A program made the position numbers and the translations under genes. A stretch of DNA of 64,000 bases from positions 1-64,000 of the IMG/VR virus record IMGVR_UViG_3300020264_000005. One strand, 5' to 3'. Position 1 is the stretch's first letter. Every line of letters begins with the position of its first letter. The notes below the pieces were generated by a model. It was not told the DNA's origin, did not search any database, and saw only the letters and a program-made list of their open reading frames with translations. Positions 46,226-57,073 of the stretch are shown here, piece after piece. Origin of the DNA: a virus (lineage: Duplodnaviria > Caudoviricetes).

Positions 46226-49200
46226 ATGACCGTCAAGACGAAGAGAATTTCAACTCTTATTGAGACACAACTCCCAGAATTTATTACTACTGAGTATGAA
46301 CTTTTCAGTAAGTTCCTACAGAAGTATTATGAAGCTCAGGAGGTACAGGGCGGTCCTTTAGATGTAATCAGCAATCTTCAGAAGTATGCTGATATTGACT
46401 ACTATGAGAAGAATCTTCTCAAGCAAAATGATATTCTAGTATCTAATATTTCAGATACTGACACGACCATTGTCCTGCAGGACGCTACTTCATTCCCTGC
46501 ACAGAATGGTTATGTCAAAATTGATGATGAGATCATCTTTTATGACACTCGCACTGATACAACTCTAGAAGGTTGTGTAAGAGGCGTTAGTGGTAATACT
46601 TCCCTAGGAGACCTATACGAAGGTTCTACCTTTGTCAGCACCAGTGCGGCAGCACATAGCGGCGGTAAGAAGGTACATAACATTAGTAACCTCTTCCTCT
46701 ATGCATTCGTCAAGAATTTTGAGAGTCAGTATCTAGGTTCATTCCCCCAGAAGTACCTTAAGGGTGAAGTAGACAAGAGAACCCTGATCAAGAACATCCA
46801 GAAGTTCTACAAATCAAAGGGTACTACTGCTTCAATCAAGTTTATCTTCAATACTATTGTTGCCAAGGAGATTGACAACAAACCTGAAGTATTCAAACCA
46901 AGAGATTTTACATACAAGGCATCTGAGTCTGACTGGATCAACATCTATTCACTCAAGTGTAAGGTCATCTCTGGTGATCCAAAGAGTTTGATTGGTAAGG
47001 TTATCAGTCAGAGCATGCCTTTTGTTCAGGCAACTGTAGATAACGTCTTTGAAGATAGCAATGCTGACGGCGAAAGAATTTACAATATTGTACTTGCACC
47101 AGAGACTGTAACTGGTAAGTTCGATATTTCCACTAAAACAAAACTAACTGCACCTCTATCTGATGCTGCTGGTGCTGGCGCTAGAATCAATGTTGCTTCC
47201 ACCATGGGGTGGGACAAGTTAGGTTCTGTTCTTATTGGTGATGAAGTCATTGAATTCACTGACAAGAACGTATCTCAGTTTGTTATCTCTAAGAGAGGAC
47301 CAGTTCCAGTAACTTTCCTAGCAGGTAAAGAGGTATACAAACCTTCCCTAATCATTGGTGAGGGTGTTACTCTACTTACTTTGGGTCTGGTGTACAACGT
47401 TGCACCTACGATGCAAGCACCACACTCAGCTGTTGGTGACAAAGTACAAGAGTCTGTTGCTGGTTTCCAAACTGCTGACCCACGTATTGTTGATATTAAT
47501 ACGAATCAGGTACGTTGGAACCTCAATAACTTAGGTCCAGTATCTGCAACCACCAATGCTAACATTCAATCTGCACTGAGTGGTGTATCGACTAACGTCT
47601 CTGCTATTCTAGAAGACGAGCAGTATTACTACATTGCTAGTTCTTCTTATCCTTCTTACAACATTCTAGACATTCTAGAAGTTGACAAACCAGTACAGGA
47701 TCAGAAGCAACTCAGAATTATTCGTAAAGAACCAATCTCAACGACTGAGATTTATAAGACACCCAACAGAGACGTTGGTATCCTCGTAAACGGTGTTCCC
47801 ATCTTCGGTTACAAGGATCCTGAATCCATTCGTTTTGGTGTACTTGAGACTATCAAGGTTACTGACAAAGGAAGAAACTACGCCAATCCACCTTTTGTGT
47901 TGATTGATGGTCTACCTGAAAGAGCAAGAGCATTCTTGATTGGTAATGTTGTTGATCGTATCGAGGTAGCTACTACTGACATCTTCCCACAAACTCCAAC
48001 AATTGAGATCACCTCTGGTAAAGGTGGTAAAGCAACTGCTGTTGTTACTGGTGGTGAAGTCACTAGTATTGTCATTGATGATGCAGGTAAGTATTATTCA
48101 ACTCCTCCCAGAGTCGTAATTAGAGACTTGGCAGGTAAAGGACGCTTTGCTGAGTACACTACTGAAGTTAACACCGCTGGTCAGATTACTGCTATCAACA
48201 AAGTTGCTGGTGGTACACTCTATACACAGAGCAACATTCAAGTTGACATCGTTGCTGTCGGTTCAGATGCTAAAGCAACACCTCTTCTCAAAGAATGGGT
48301 GAAGAACAGGTTTGAGAAGTACAAGGGTGTCATGGATACCCAGTATGGTTTCCTATTCCGTAATTACAACATTGTATTGGACAATGGTTACGGTCAACTA
48401 GGCAATCCAAAGAAACTTAGAGTTGCACTGGGTGATAACTTAGACAGTGCTGATTCAGAACCAGCAACTAAGACTCACTCACCTATCATTGGTTTTGCTT
48501 ATGATGGCAACCCAATCTATGGTCCATTTGGTTACAATGATCCTTTAGATGCAACATCAACTCCTGTTAGAATGACATCTAGTTATTCTCTAGTTGGTGA
48601 CAGGGATCGTGGTCCCAGTATTACAGAATATCCGTTAGGTGCATTCATCGACGACTATAAGTATAGTCATAGAAGTGGTTCATTGGATGAAAACAACGGA
48701 CGATTTTGCGTTACCCCCGAATTTCCAAAGGGAACTTATGCTTATTTCCTTACTATTGATAGCAATCAAGTACCGAAATTCCCGTATGTTCTAGGAGACA
48801 AATTCTACTCTCTACCTGTAGACAGTAACTATAACTCAAACATCAGTCAAGACGATATTCCTAAGAAGTCCAAGCGACTCAATGTTGCTGGCATGCAGGG
48901 TAACGGCGAAGGTCTAATTGCAGAAATTGGTGCAGTTGGCGCTGGTATCCTTGATAGTGTCGAGATTCAAGACTCACACGACAACTTCTCTATTAACAAC
49001 AAACTATACTTTGATAACGTAGGAACCGAAGGAACCAGTGCAGAGGCATTAGTCTCATCTGTTACTGGTGAGAACGTTCAGTATCTTGAGTGTAAAGAAG
49101 ATAGAGTTGTTAAACTGACAACTATCCAAAGTGCATACCTATTTGCTGATGACACTTTAAGACAACCACAATCAGGTGCTTCTGGTAGTATTGTTGGTAC

Positions 49201-52200
49201 TGTCAAGGGAGATACTGTTATTGTTCTACGTAACGTCAATGGCACGTTCGACAATACAGGTACTTTCTCTGCAGACATCAAAACCTTTACTATCACTGTG
49301 GATCAGGATAGTAACTACACGATTGGTGCAGTTCTAAGACTGACTGATGGTGTCAATCCACCATATGCAACTGGTGAAGTTCTAGAGTCTACCAGCAAGC
49401 AGAATACTGTTAAGATCAAGGTTCTCACTGGAGAATGGGTTGTCAATGAAGATTACTTCATCCAGTCCAGCAATCTGTTCAACACGTCTGGTTCAAAAGT
49501 AGTCTCACTCGTATCAATGAGTGATGGACTAGAACCATTTGATGTAAACCAAAGTGTTGCTTTGGTTGAGACTGATGTGAATCATGGTCTTGCTATTGGT
49601 GACGAAGTAACTATTGATATCCGTCCTAACGACACAACTAAGACTAAGAACTATTATATCAGACAAAGACTGTATCAAACTGCAGTTGTTAGAGAACCAA
49701 ACAATAAGAGTAGCATTTCATACAATGGTATTGGTAGATTTACCATTCTAAATGGTGGTGCTGACTATACAGAAGGAACATACACCAATGTTCCTCTTAA
49801 GAATGGATCAGGTACAGGAGCAACAGCAAATATCACTGTATCTGCAGAAGGCATTGTATCAAATGTCCAAATCACTTCTGGTGGAACAGATTATCAAAGA
49901 GGAGACTACCTCACTGTAGAAGATGACGAACTAGCAAGATCTGGTGCTTCTCAGAGCACTGCTAGATTGACGATGTATGTCGATCACTCTGGTGTATCGT
50001 TCAGTGCTGACTCTATTAGAGTTGCAGATCCAAAAGGTTTCTCTGTAAACGACAAACTGCAAGTTGGTAGTGAGATTATGCAGATCACTGCTATCAATGG
50101 CAATGATCTATCTGTAACTAGAGCACTAGAAGGAACAAAGAGAGTAGACCACTACAATGGTGGTATTATTACACTATACAAACCAAGTTATAACTTCGAT
50201 GCTGGTTTCAAGGTTAGCAATACAACAGGTGGTGGAACCATTCTATCATATGATCGTGATACTCAAACTATCACTGTAATCTATGATTATGGTATTGACA
50301 AGATTGCTGCTGATGAACTTATCAACAGCACAACGTTCTTTGATTCTGGTGATCCAAGCAGACTAGTAACACTTGAGAGAGTATCTGATCTAGAATTTAA
50401 GTTTGAGTTCTCTGAAGATAATGAGAACTTCACTCCTAACCCAAATCTAGATTTACAGGAGTTCTACAGATATACATTTGATACATCACACCCTTCACTA
50501 CTAGGAACTAACTTTGATCTAAGTCCAAGTAAGAGTTATAACCTCCTAACCTTAGAAAAACTGAACAGTGCTGCATTGCCTGGTCAAGTTGGATCATTTA
50601 CTGAGGTTAAATTTGGTTTTGGTCCTAGATTGGAAGAAAACAACTATGACAATAAAGTAGGCACGAATTTCACATACTTTTACTACTTTGATAGGAATAA
50701 CAAGGTAAATTCTGAAGGTTCTTTCTTCAAAATTGTAAATGACCCTCTGCAGGGTACAAAGACGCTTTCTTACGTCACCCCTAATCGATTTGTATATGAT
50801 GTACCTACAGAACCACTGTGGGATGGATCAGGTCAAATTACATATACTACCAGAGGACAATTTGCTACTGGTAAAATTCATGAAATTGCCGTAACTAATT
50901 TTGGTGAGAACTACAAGAAGACTCCAAGAGTAATTGGTGTTGATCCAGCACAAGAATTCAGAGCAGAAGCAACTGTTCTCTATGATTCAGAAATTGGTGC
51001 TATTACTACAGTAAGACTTGACAACGTTGGTTCTAATTTCTCCAAACCTGCAGCTGTCATCGTAGATGGTGATGGACAAGGTGCTCTATTTGATGTAACA
51101 CAGAGAAATGGTAAGATCTTCTCTGTTACCATCAGAAGTATTGGTAAGAACTATTCTTATGCACCTAAGATTAAGATTATTGAGACAGATACTAAACTGT
51201 TCCCAATGAGTTCTTCTATTGGTGTACCACAGAGTATCAATATTATTAGAAATGGTGGTGCATACCATTTAGATAAGACTGTTGCATCTAAACTGTCTTC
51301 TCAGACTGTTGTATCAATTGAAGTATCTGATAATATCAAATTCCAGACTGGTGAGAAAGTCACACAGACTGTAAATGGTGTAGAAGTTTTAAATGCTAAG
51401 ATTTCAGAATTCAGACAAGGTTCAAACCTTGTAAAACTAAAAGATATTAATGGTATCGTTAGAGAAGGTGTAGAACTAAAAGGATTTGTATCTAAATCTA
51501 CCGCAAAGGTAAAAGTAGTATTCGTTTCCAAGTTCAACGAAGAAATTACAACCTTCTTTGATAATCTAGGTTACTATAACTCAGATAGAGGTAGACTTGG
51601 TACTGCTAATCAGAGATTGCTTGATAGTTACTTCTATCAGGACTATTCTTATGTTGTTAAGTCCAAGACTTCTATTGAAGAGTGGAGAGACCTTATTAAG
51701 TCTACCACACACCCTGCTGGTTTCCAACTATTCGGTCAGGTTGATATTGAGACTGATGCTCCAGTCGAAATGCCTAAGGAGCAGAACAAGTCTGACTCGT
51801 TCAGTATCATTCAACTATGGGATCCTGCGAAGAACAAGATTACAGTTGAAAGCACCAAGCAAGTAACAACTCAGTCAATCCAATCTGTTAGTGATTACAA
51901 ACTGAGAACTGGTTCTGGTTCTGTTGCAACATCCGAATTCAACTTCAACGAAAGTCGTGCGTTTGAATTCAGGATCTACAACATGACGCCTGGTTTCTAT
52001 GATGCAACTATCAATGCAGGAAATCCATGGTGGATGAAGAATCCATTCGATGGTTATTTTGATAACGATGGAAGATTGAAGGGTTCCGTTCAGTTCCAGA
52101 TCAGGGACATGTTTGATAATCCATTCAATCCAGTAAATGCAGAGAGTTGCTTTGTTACTCTCGATGGTATTATTCAAGAACCACTCAGAGCATATACTAT

Positions 52201-55200
52201 CAGTGGCGATAAACTTGTCTTTGCTCAACCACCTCTGGGTGATAATGAGAAACTAACTGGTCAAAATGTCAATGCTACGAGTTCTTACAATGGTGTTAAG
52301 TTCATTGGTAGAACCTTCTTCTTTAAGGATTCTCAGTACAATAACAGATACCTAAAAAAAGCGAGAAATATTTTCCAGCGTGGGGGTCTATGGATAGACG
52401 CTGCAAATCAAATCGAACAAAATAAAGAGTTTATTATTCAAGAATCTGTAGGGTATGGTAAGGAGACTTATCCATCCTTGGATTGGAGTACAAAACTCGA
52501 TGATTACAGTTTAGACATCGGATATGCACTCGATGCATATGCACATGACATCAGATTTGGTGGAAATACCAAGACTGTTGATTATGCAAAGATTTTCCAG
52601 AAGTCAAAATATATTGCTGACTATAAAACTGAGTCCATCAACATCTTTGAGTATGCTAGAAAACTAGCAAACCTTGCTGTTAGAAATTGGGACCTGTCTC
52701 TACAGTCAGTTCAATATATTACTGGTTCTAAAGAGATGACTGTCGAAGATTCTTCTCGATTGGTTGTCGGCATGCATGTCAGCTCTGGTCGTGGTTTCGC
52801 AATGGGAACCAAGATTGTATCGATTGACTCTTCGACAAAAATCACTCTTTCTGCACCTGCACTTCAAAACTCTGGTGTAGGTGCTGGCGGTGCTCCAGAT
52901 GGAACCACTAATCTAACTGGCACAACCAACGGAACTTTAAACCTACCAACAAACACTGGTGTTGTACCACTAGGAGATCAATTCTCTGTACAACCAGGCG
53001 ATAGTTTGATTGTACCACTATCTTTCTCTGGTATTGAAAGTGCTACCTTCTACATGAGTGCAATCAACACTGGTACGTTTGTTGATGCTTCTAACCTCAT
53101 CTTTGGTAATAAGCAATACATTCAAGAAGAGACTGTTGGTTGGGCAAAAGCAACGTACCCTAGTGTACCATGGAATGAGAATGAAGGCAAGTGCGTTAGA
53201 GACCTTGGATTCCTCATCGACAGAATTGTTTATCACCTCCGTTATGGTGGTAACGAAAAAGTAATTGAGTTTGCACAACTATATTGGACAAAGGCATCTT
53301 ACCCTAACCAAGAACTATTGACTGGTATTGGTGACGAGAAAGATGAAACTCTAGCAGCATTTAACTATGCTAAGGATCTCATGGTCCAAGCAATGAGAAA
53401 TGTTCTTGGCGCTGGCACTTATACATCAGTTTCTCCATTCATTGATCCTGATGTTGCTGCTGACAGTGAGTTCCCATATTGTGTCGAAGTTGAGACTACA
53501 CTCAACACTTATATTGATATTGTAGAAGACATCTTCAACAAAGGTGTTGGTGTTGTTGAAGTTACCAGAGAAAATCAGAATAAGGCAGGTAACTGGACTC
53601 CAATCACCACTTATTCCAATTACAATATTCTCCCTGATAGTCAACTACCATTCTACGAGTGTAACACTGTTGTATCTGCTATCGACAATCTCCATAGCAA
53701 TCTCGAAGATACTATCAATGGTAGTGATGTTGATAAGACAATCCCCGACTTCATTGATGGTGAGAACAGAGAGTTCGATCTACTCTGGGATGATGGATCA
53801 CCAGTTATTACCGAAGAAGATGAGAGATTCTTTGTAACTAGTAATGCTGTACTACAGCAGACTAAGTTCAATGCTGATCATCCTGGCGGTGATTCATATC
53901 ACATCGATAGAACAGTTGTACCAAACAGAATTGTATTCGATGTTGCACCTATCTGGGATCAAGATGCTGGTGCTAAGACTCTAGGTGAACCAACTGCAGT
54001 TGAGAAAGTCGCTATTCTTGGTGTTGGTAACTACAAGAGACTATCTATTGATAGCAATCTAGTTAACAACCAAAGAAGTGGTCCATTCATCATCTTGGAT
54101 CTAGAAGATAACACTGTACAGAATATTGAGTCCAGAGATAACCTCTTGGTCTTTGTTGATGGTGTTCTACAGAAGTATGGTACATCATATACTATCTCAG
54201 GTCCAAACATTTCATTTGAATTCCCAATTACGGAACAAATGAAGGTTGATATGAGATATCTCTATGGTAGAGATGTCGGACAGATCCTCAATCTTTATAA
54301 TTACAACCCAGATCTGTATTATGCACAGGCAGTTGCATCATTTAGATGCACCAGCAATGTTGCTGAGTTTGTAAAAGGCGCATGGCAAGATATCTACACT
54401 GGTTATCCACTTCAGGTCTATCAAACCAGACCTAATAATACCAAGATGTGGATTGGTAATGTTAACAATCTTCTCGTTGATGACTTGGGTGGTGGAGAAG
54501 CAGACATCACATTTGAAGTTAATGGTAACAAATCAGAATTGATGGATGCACCTGTTACTTTCTGTATTGCTAGAAAGTATGCATATGAGATCACACTAGA
54601 CCTTGATTATGACAACTCATCTCTCGTTTATGAAAAGGATGAGTATGGTGGTTTGACTCTAAGAGGTAATGATCAAGCATGGAGAGGGACTATCATCAGA
54701 AAGTCCTACAAGAATCCATTTATTAACCTTTCTAACAACTCTAGAATCAAAGTAGATGGTGAAGATGGTTTCAGAAGAATCAAAGAACTTCCTTCTGTAC
54801 TTAATTCTTCTGAAGAGAGAATTGGTGAGCAGGTTTCCAACTCCTACTATGGTTACGTTAATGTAGAAGCATATAATGGTATAACAAGAGGCGAAGGTCT
54901 TGCAGTTGTTGCTAAAATTGAGAATGGTTCTGTTGTATCTCTAGAATGGAACCAGCGTAGTTATGATCCTATCACCCAACCAACAGCATATCAATATTAT
55001 ACACCACCTATTCTAAACTTTGTACCAAAGAATGGTCAAGGTGGCGGTGCAAGAGGTAAAGTTGTTGTCAGTAAGGGTCAAGTTCTCAGTGTAGAACTGA
55101 CTGATGGTGGATCTGGTTACACTGAAGCACCTGACATTATTGTTGCTAGACAGTATCAGATTCAGAAAGAGAATGACATTGGTGTATCTCTAATTGATCT

Positions 55201-57022
55201 AAGAGTTCAGCAGGAAGTAAAAGTACAGGGTCTTATCTCTAGTTCTACCATTGACTTGCTTGCTAATCAGGTTTCTGGTATCAATACTCTGTCTTCTATT
55301 CTATTCAGAAGTCCAGTTGACGAAGTTAAGGATATCACTTGCCACATCTGGCCTGCTGATCAGCAAGTCAGTGAGGATCTAACTGGAGGAATTGTTGCTC
55401 CTCTACTTAAGATTGCTGAAGCAGCACAAGAGAATGTACCTGTTATCAACACATTCCACAACTTCACTGAAATCAATGGATACATTGATATGGGTGAGAT
55501 TGTTGACATCAGAACTGGTTCTAGTATCTACTACTTGGATGTTGATAGAGTTATCACATCTACTGTACAGTCTGAGATTCCTAATAATGCAATCAGCAAC
55601 ATCAACCACTATCAGAATGCTGCATTCCTCAACGTTCCTCTGGACATTGGCGATACCATTGCATACATTCCAGATACTGAGAAGTTCACTTCAAACGGAT
55701 TCCTCCTCATTGGTGATGAAATTGTTAGATATCTCCGCAAGGGTTCTGATCGTTTCTTCAGTCTCCAGAGAGCACAGCAAGGAACTACCGAGAAGAACTG
55801 GAATGCTGGTACGTATCTAAGACAGATTCCTGATCCATCTGTATCTGTTGCATACGGTGGTATTGCTAAGGTTGAGTCTCAAGCAGTATCCGTTGAGATG
55901 GGTGGTATCGCAAGCGGTTTGGGCGATGGTGAACTCGGACAAGATAGAGTAAGACAGTCACAAGTTCTTACTCCATCTGTAGCAAAACAGCGTGTTGAGC
56001 AACAAATCGAAGTTTCCGTAAGCAGAGACATCGCAGTTGACTCAATTTCCGCGCTTGAGACTCAGGTTAAGTACAAACTTGAGACATTTGCGGTTAATGT
56101 TGTTCCAACTACACTACAGTATAACGCTACTGTCGCTACACAGCAAGTTCAGATACAATCCCTCAACACAATCCAAACTGTTACTACTAAGGTAGAAGCA
56201 GACATTCAGATCAGTGTTGATGTTGACTCACTCAAGAGTCTAGAATTCATCAGAAAGGTAACTGTTCCTTCGGAATACACTGCTACCACTGAAGAAATCA
56301 AGCATAATGCAACTGTTGTTAGTGGCGAACTACAGAAGATTATTACCGAGATCTCTGTATCACGTGAGGCACTAGAGTTACTGATTGTTCCACCTCCTTC
56401 TGGAGCAATCGATGGTTATGAAGAATCAGTATTCTTGACTGATCCTGTTGAGACAAGACTAAATGGATTCGTAGATCTTGATCCTAACACATATCCAGTC
56501 ATCAAACGTGATGGTACTATCATCTACCCACTCAACTCTGTTGCTGGTGTAGGAACTGGATACATCGGTAACTATGTTAAGACTAATGCTGGTCCTACTA
56601 TCGGATCTTGGAACTATGTTGCATTTGACGATGGTACAGCAAATGTCTCTGGATTTACTCTGGAAGACTTGAATAGATTATATCCTGCTCTGACTATCAA
56701 TGACTTTGTTGAAAGAGCAGACTCAAGCTTCACAAAAGCAGGTGATTACTTCAATCTTTCAGTACCATCCATTCAGAATCCACTAGCACTTTCTTCCTCC
56801 ACACAACCAATTGGTACTGCTGGAGTAAATGCGCTAGATATTACAGTCAATAGTACCGTAAACTTCCCTGACGCTGGATACCTGTTCCACGCTGATGGAA
56901 CGGACTCAGGAGTGATTGAGTACACTGGCAAGACTGCAACTACGTTTACTGGTTGTGTTCAATACAGGGGAAGCACTCAGGTTGGCAATGGTGCGGAAAT
57001 CGTGCCGTTCACAATTGACTAA
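46226..57022 (+). CDS. gp7: Baseplate wedge initiator gp7-like giant protein (3598 aa)
   Basis: Lies between gp6 and gp8; N-terminal FL.KYYE and FYKSKGT; DSYFYQDYSYVVKS..HPAG; YHYH-like domain; two nested helical repeats. Confidence 0.82.
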   Translation: MTVKTKRISTLIETQLPEFITTEYELFSKFLQKYYEAQEVQGGPLDVISNLQKYADIDYYEKNLLKQNDILVSNISDTDTTIVLQDATSFPAQNGYVKIDDEIIFYDTRTDTTLEGCVRGVSGNTSLGDLYEGSTFVSTSAAAHSGGKKVHNISNLFLYAFVKNFESQYLGSFPQKYLKGEVDKRTLIKNIQKFYKSKGTTASIKFIFNTIVAKEIDNKPEVFKPRDFTYKASESDWINIYSLKCKVISGDPKSLIGKVISQSMPFVQATVDNVFEDSNADGERIYNIVLAPETVTGKFDISTKTKLTAPLSDAAGAGARINVASTMGWDKLGSVLIGDEVIEFTDKNVSQFVISKRGPVPVTFLAGKEVYKPSLIIGEGVTLLTLGLVYNVAPTMQAPHSAVGDKVQESVAGFQTADPRIVDINTNQVRWNLNNLGPVSATTNANIQSALSGVSTNVSAILEDEQYYYIASSSYPSYNILDILEVDKPVQDQKQLRIIRKEPISTTEIYKTPNRDVGILVNGVPIFGYKDPESIRFGVLETIKVTDKGRNYANPPFVLIDGLPERARAFLIGNVVDRIEVATTDIFPQTPTIEITSGKGGKATAVVTGGEVTSIVIDDAGKYYSTPPRVVIRDLAGKGRFAEYTTEVNTAGQITAINKVAGGTLYTQSNIQVDIVAVGSDAKATPLLKEWVKNRFEKYKGVMDTQYGFLFRNYNIVLDNGYGQLGNPKKLRVALGDNLDSADSEPATKTHSPIIGFAYDGNPIYGPFGYNDPLDATSTPVRMTSSYSLVGDRDRGPSITEYPLGAFIDDYKYSHRSGSLDENNGRFCVTPEFPKGTYAYFLTIDSNQVPKFPYVLGDKFYSLPVDSNYNSNISQDDIPKKSKRLNVAGMQGNGEGLIAEIGAVGAGILDSVEIQDSHDNFSINNKLYFDNVGTEGTSAEALVSSVTGENVQYLECKEDRVVKLTTIQSAYLFADDTLRQPQSGASGSIVGTVKGDTVIVLRNVNGTFDNTGTFSADIKTFTITVDQDSNYTIGAVLRLTDGVNPPYATGEVLESTSKQNTVKIKVLTGEWVVNEDYFIQSSNLFNTSGSKVVSLVSMSDGLEPFDVNQSVALVETDVNHGLAIGDEVTIDIRPNDTTKTKNYYIRQRLYQTAVVREPNNKSSISYNGIGRFTILNGGADYTEGTYTNVPLKNGSGTGATANITVSAEGIVSNVQITSGGTDYQRGDYLTVEDDELARSGASQSTARLTMYVDHSGVSFSADSIRVADPKGFSVNDKLQVGSEIMQITAINGNDLSVTRALEGTKRVDHYNGGIITLYKPSYNFDAGFKVSNTTGGGTILSYDRDTQTITVIYDYGIDKIAADELINSTTFFDSGDPSRLVTLERVSDLEFKFEFSEDNENFTPNPNLDLQEFYRYTFDTSHPSLLGTNFDLSPSKSYNLLTLEKLNSAALPGQVGSFTEVKFGFGPRLEENNYDNKVGTNFTYFYYFDRNNKVNSEGSFFKIVNDPLQGTKTLSYVTPNRFVYDVPTEPLWDGSGQITYTTRGQFATGKIHEIAVTNFGENYKKTPRVIGVDPAQEFRAEATVLYDSEIGAITTVRLDNVGSNFSKPAAVIVDGDGQGALFDVTQRNGKIFSVTIRSIGKNYSYAPKIKIIETDTKLFPMSSSIGVPQSINIIRNGGAYHLDKTVASKLSSQTVVSIEVSDNIKFQTGEKVTQTVNGVEVLNAKISEFRQGSNLVKLKDINGIVREGVELKGFVSKSTAKVKVVFVSKFNEEITTFFDNLGYYNSDRGRLGTANQRLLDSYFYQDYSYVVKSKTSIEEWRDLIKSTTHPAGFQLFGQVDIETDAPVEMPKEQNKSDSFSIIQLWDPAKNKITVESTKQVTTQSIQSVSDYKLRTGSGSVATSEFNFNESRAFEFRIYNMTPGFYDATINAGNPWWMKNPFDGYFDNDGRLKGSVQFQIRDMFDNPFNPVNAESCFVTLDGIIQEPLRAYTISGDKLVFAQPPLGDNEKLTGQNVNATSSYNGVKFIGRTFFFKDSQYNNRYLKKARNIFQRGGLWIDAANQIEQNKEFIIQESVGYGKETYPSLDWSTKLDDYSLDIGYALDAYAHDIRFGGNTKTVDYAKIFQKSKYIADYKTESINIFEYARKLANLAVRNWDLSLQSVQYITGSKEMTVEDSSRLVVGMHVSSGRGFAMGTKIVSIDSSTKITLSAPALQNSGVGAGGAPDGTTNLTGTTNGTLNLPTNTGVVPLGDQFSVQPGDSLIVPLSFSGIESATFYMSAINTGTFVDASNLIFGNKQYIQEETVGWAKATYPSVPWNENEGKCVRDLGFLIDRIVYHLRYGGNEKVIEFAQLYWTKASYPNQELLTGIGDEKDETLAAFNYAKDLMVQAMRNVLGAGTYTSVSPFIDPDVAADSEFPYCVEVETTLNTYIDIVEDIFNKGVGVVEVTRENQNKAGNWTPITTYSNYNILPDSQLPFYECNTVVSAIDNLHSNLEDTINGSDVDKTIPDFIDGENREFDLLWDDGSPVITEEDERFFVTSNAVLQQTKFNADHPGGDSYHIDRTVVPNRIVFDVAPIWDQDAGAKTLGEPTAVEKVAILGVGNYKRLSIDSNLVNNQRSGPFIILDLEDNTVQNIESRDNLLVFVDGVLQKYGTSYTISGPNISFEFPITEQMKVDMRYLYGRDVGQILNLYNYNPDLYYAQAVASFRCTSNVAEFVKGAWQDIYTGYPLQVYQTRPNNTKMWIGNVNNLLVDDLGGGEADITFEVNGNKSELMDAPVTFCIARKYAYEITLDLDYDNSSLVYEKDEYGGLTLRGNDQAWRGTIIRKSYKNPFINLSNNSRIKVDGEDGFRRIKELPSVLNSSEERIGEQVSNSYYGYVNVEAYNGITRGEGLAVVAKIENGSVVSLEWNQRSYDPITQPTAYQYYTPPILNFVPKNGQGGGARGKVVVSKGQVLSVELTDGGSGYTEAPDIIVARQYQIQKENDIGVSLIDLRVQQEVKVQGLISSSTIDLLANQVSGINTLSSILFRSPVDEVKDITCHIWPADQQVSEDLTGGIVAPLLKIAEAAQENVPVINTFHNFTEINGYIDMGEIVDIRTGSSIYYLDVDRVITSTVQSEIPNNAISNINHYQNAAFLNVPLDIGDTIAYIPDTEKFTSNGFLLIGDEIVRYLRKGSDRFFSLQRAQQGTTEKNWNAGTYLRQIPDPSVSVAYGGIAKVESQAVSVEMGGIASGLGDGELGQDRVRQSQVLTPSVAKQRVEQQIEVSVSRDIAVDSISALETQVKYKLETFAVNVVPTTLQYNATVATQQVQIQSLNTIQTVTTKVEADIQISVDVDSLKSLEFIRKVTVPSEYTATTEEIKHNATVVSGELQKIITEISVSREALELLIVPPPSGAIDGYEESVFLTDPVETRLNGFVDLDPNTYPVIKRDGTIIYPLNSVAGVGTGYIGNYVKTNAGPTIGSWNYVAFDDGTANVSGFTLEDLNRLYPALTINDFVERADSSFTKAGDYFNLSVPSIQNPLALSSSTQPIGTAGVNALDITVNSTVNFPDAGYLFHADGTDSGVIEYTGKTATTFTGCVQYRGSTQVGNGAEIVPFTID

Positions 57023-57037
57023 ATAAACGTATAAATA
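57019..57037 (+). promoter_or_regulatory. Tandem late promoters CTAAATA and TATAAATA
   Basis: Intergenic, upstream of gp8. Confidence 0.8.
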
Positions 57038-57073
57038 AATCAGGCACAAACACTACGTCGGAACAGAAAACCC

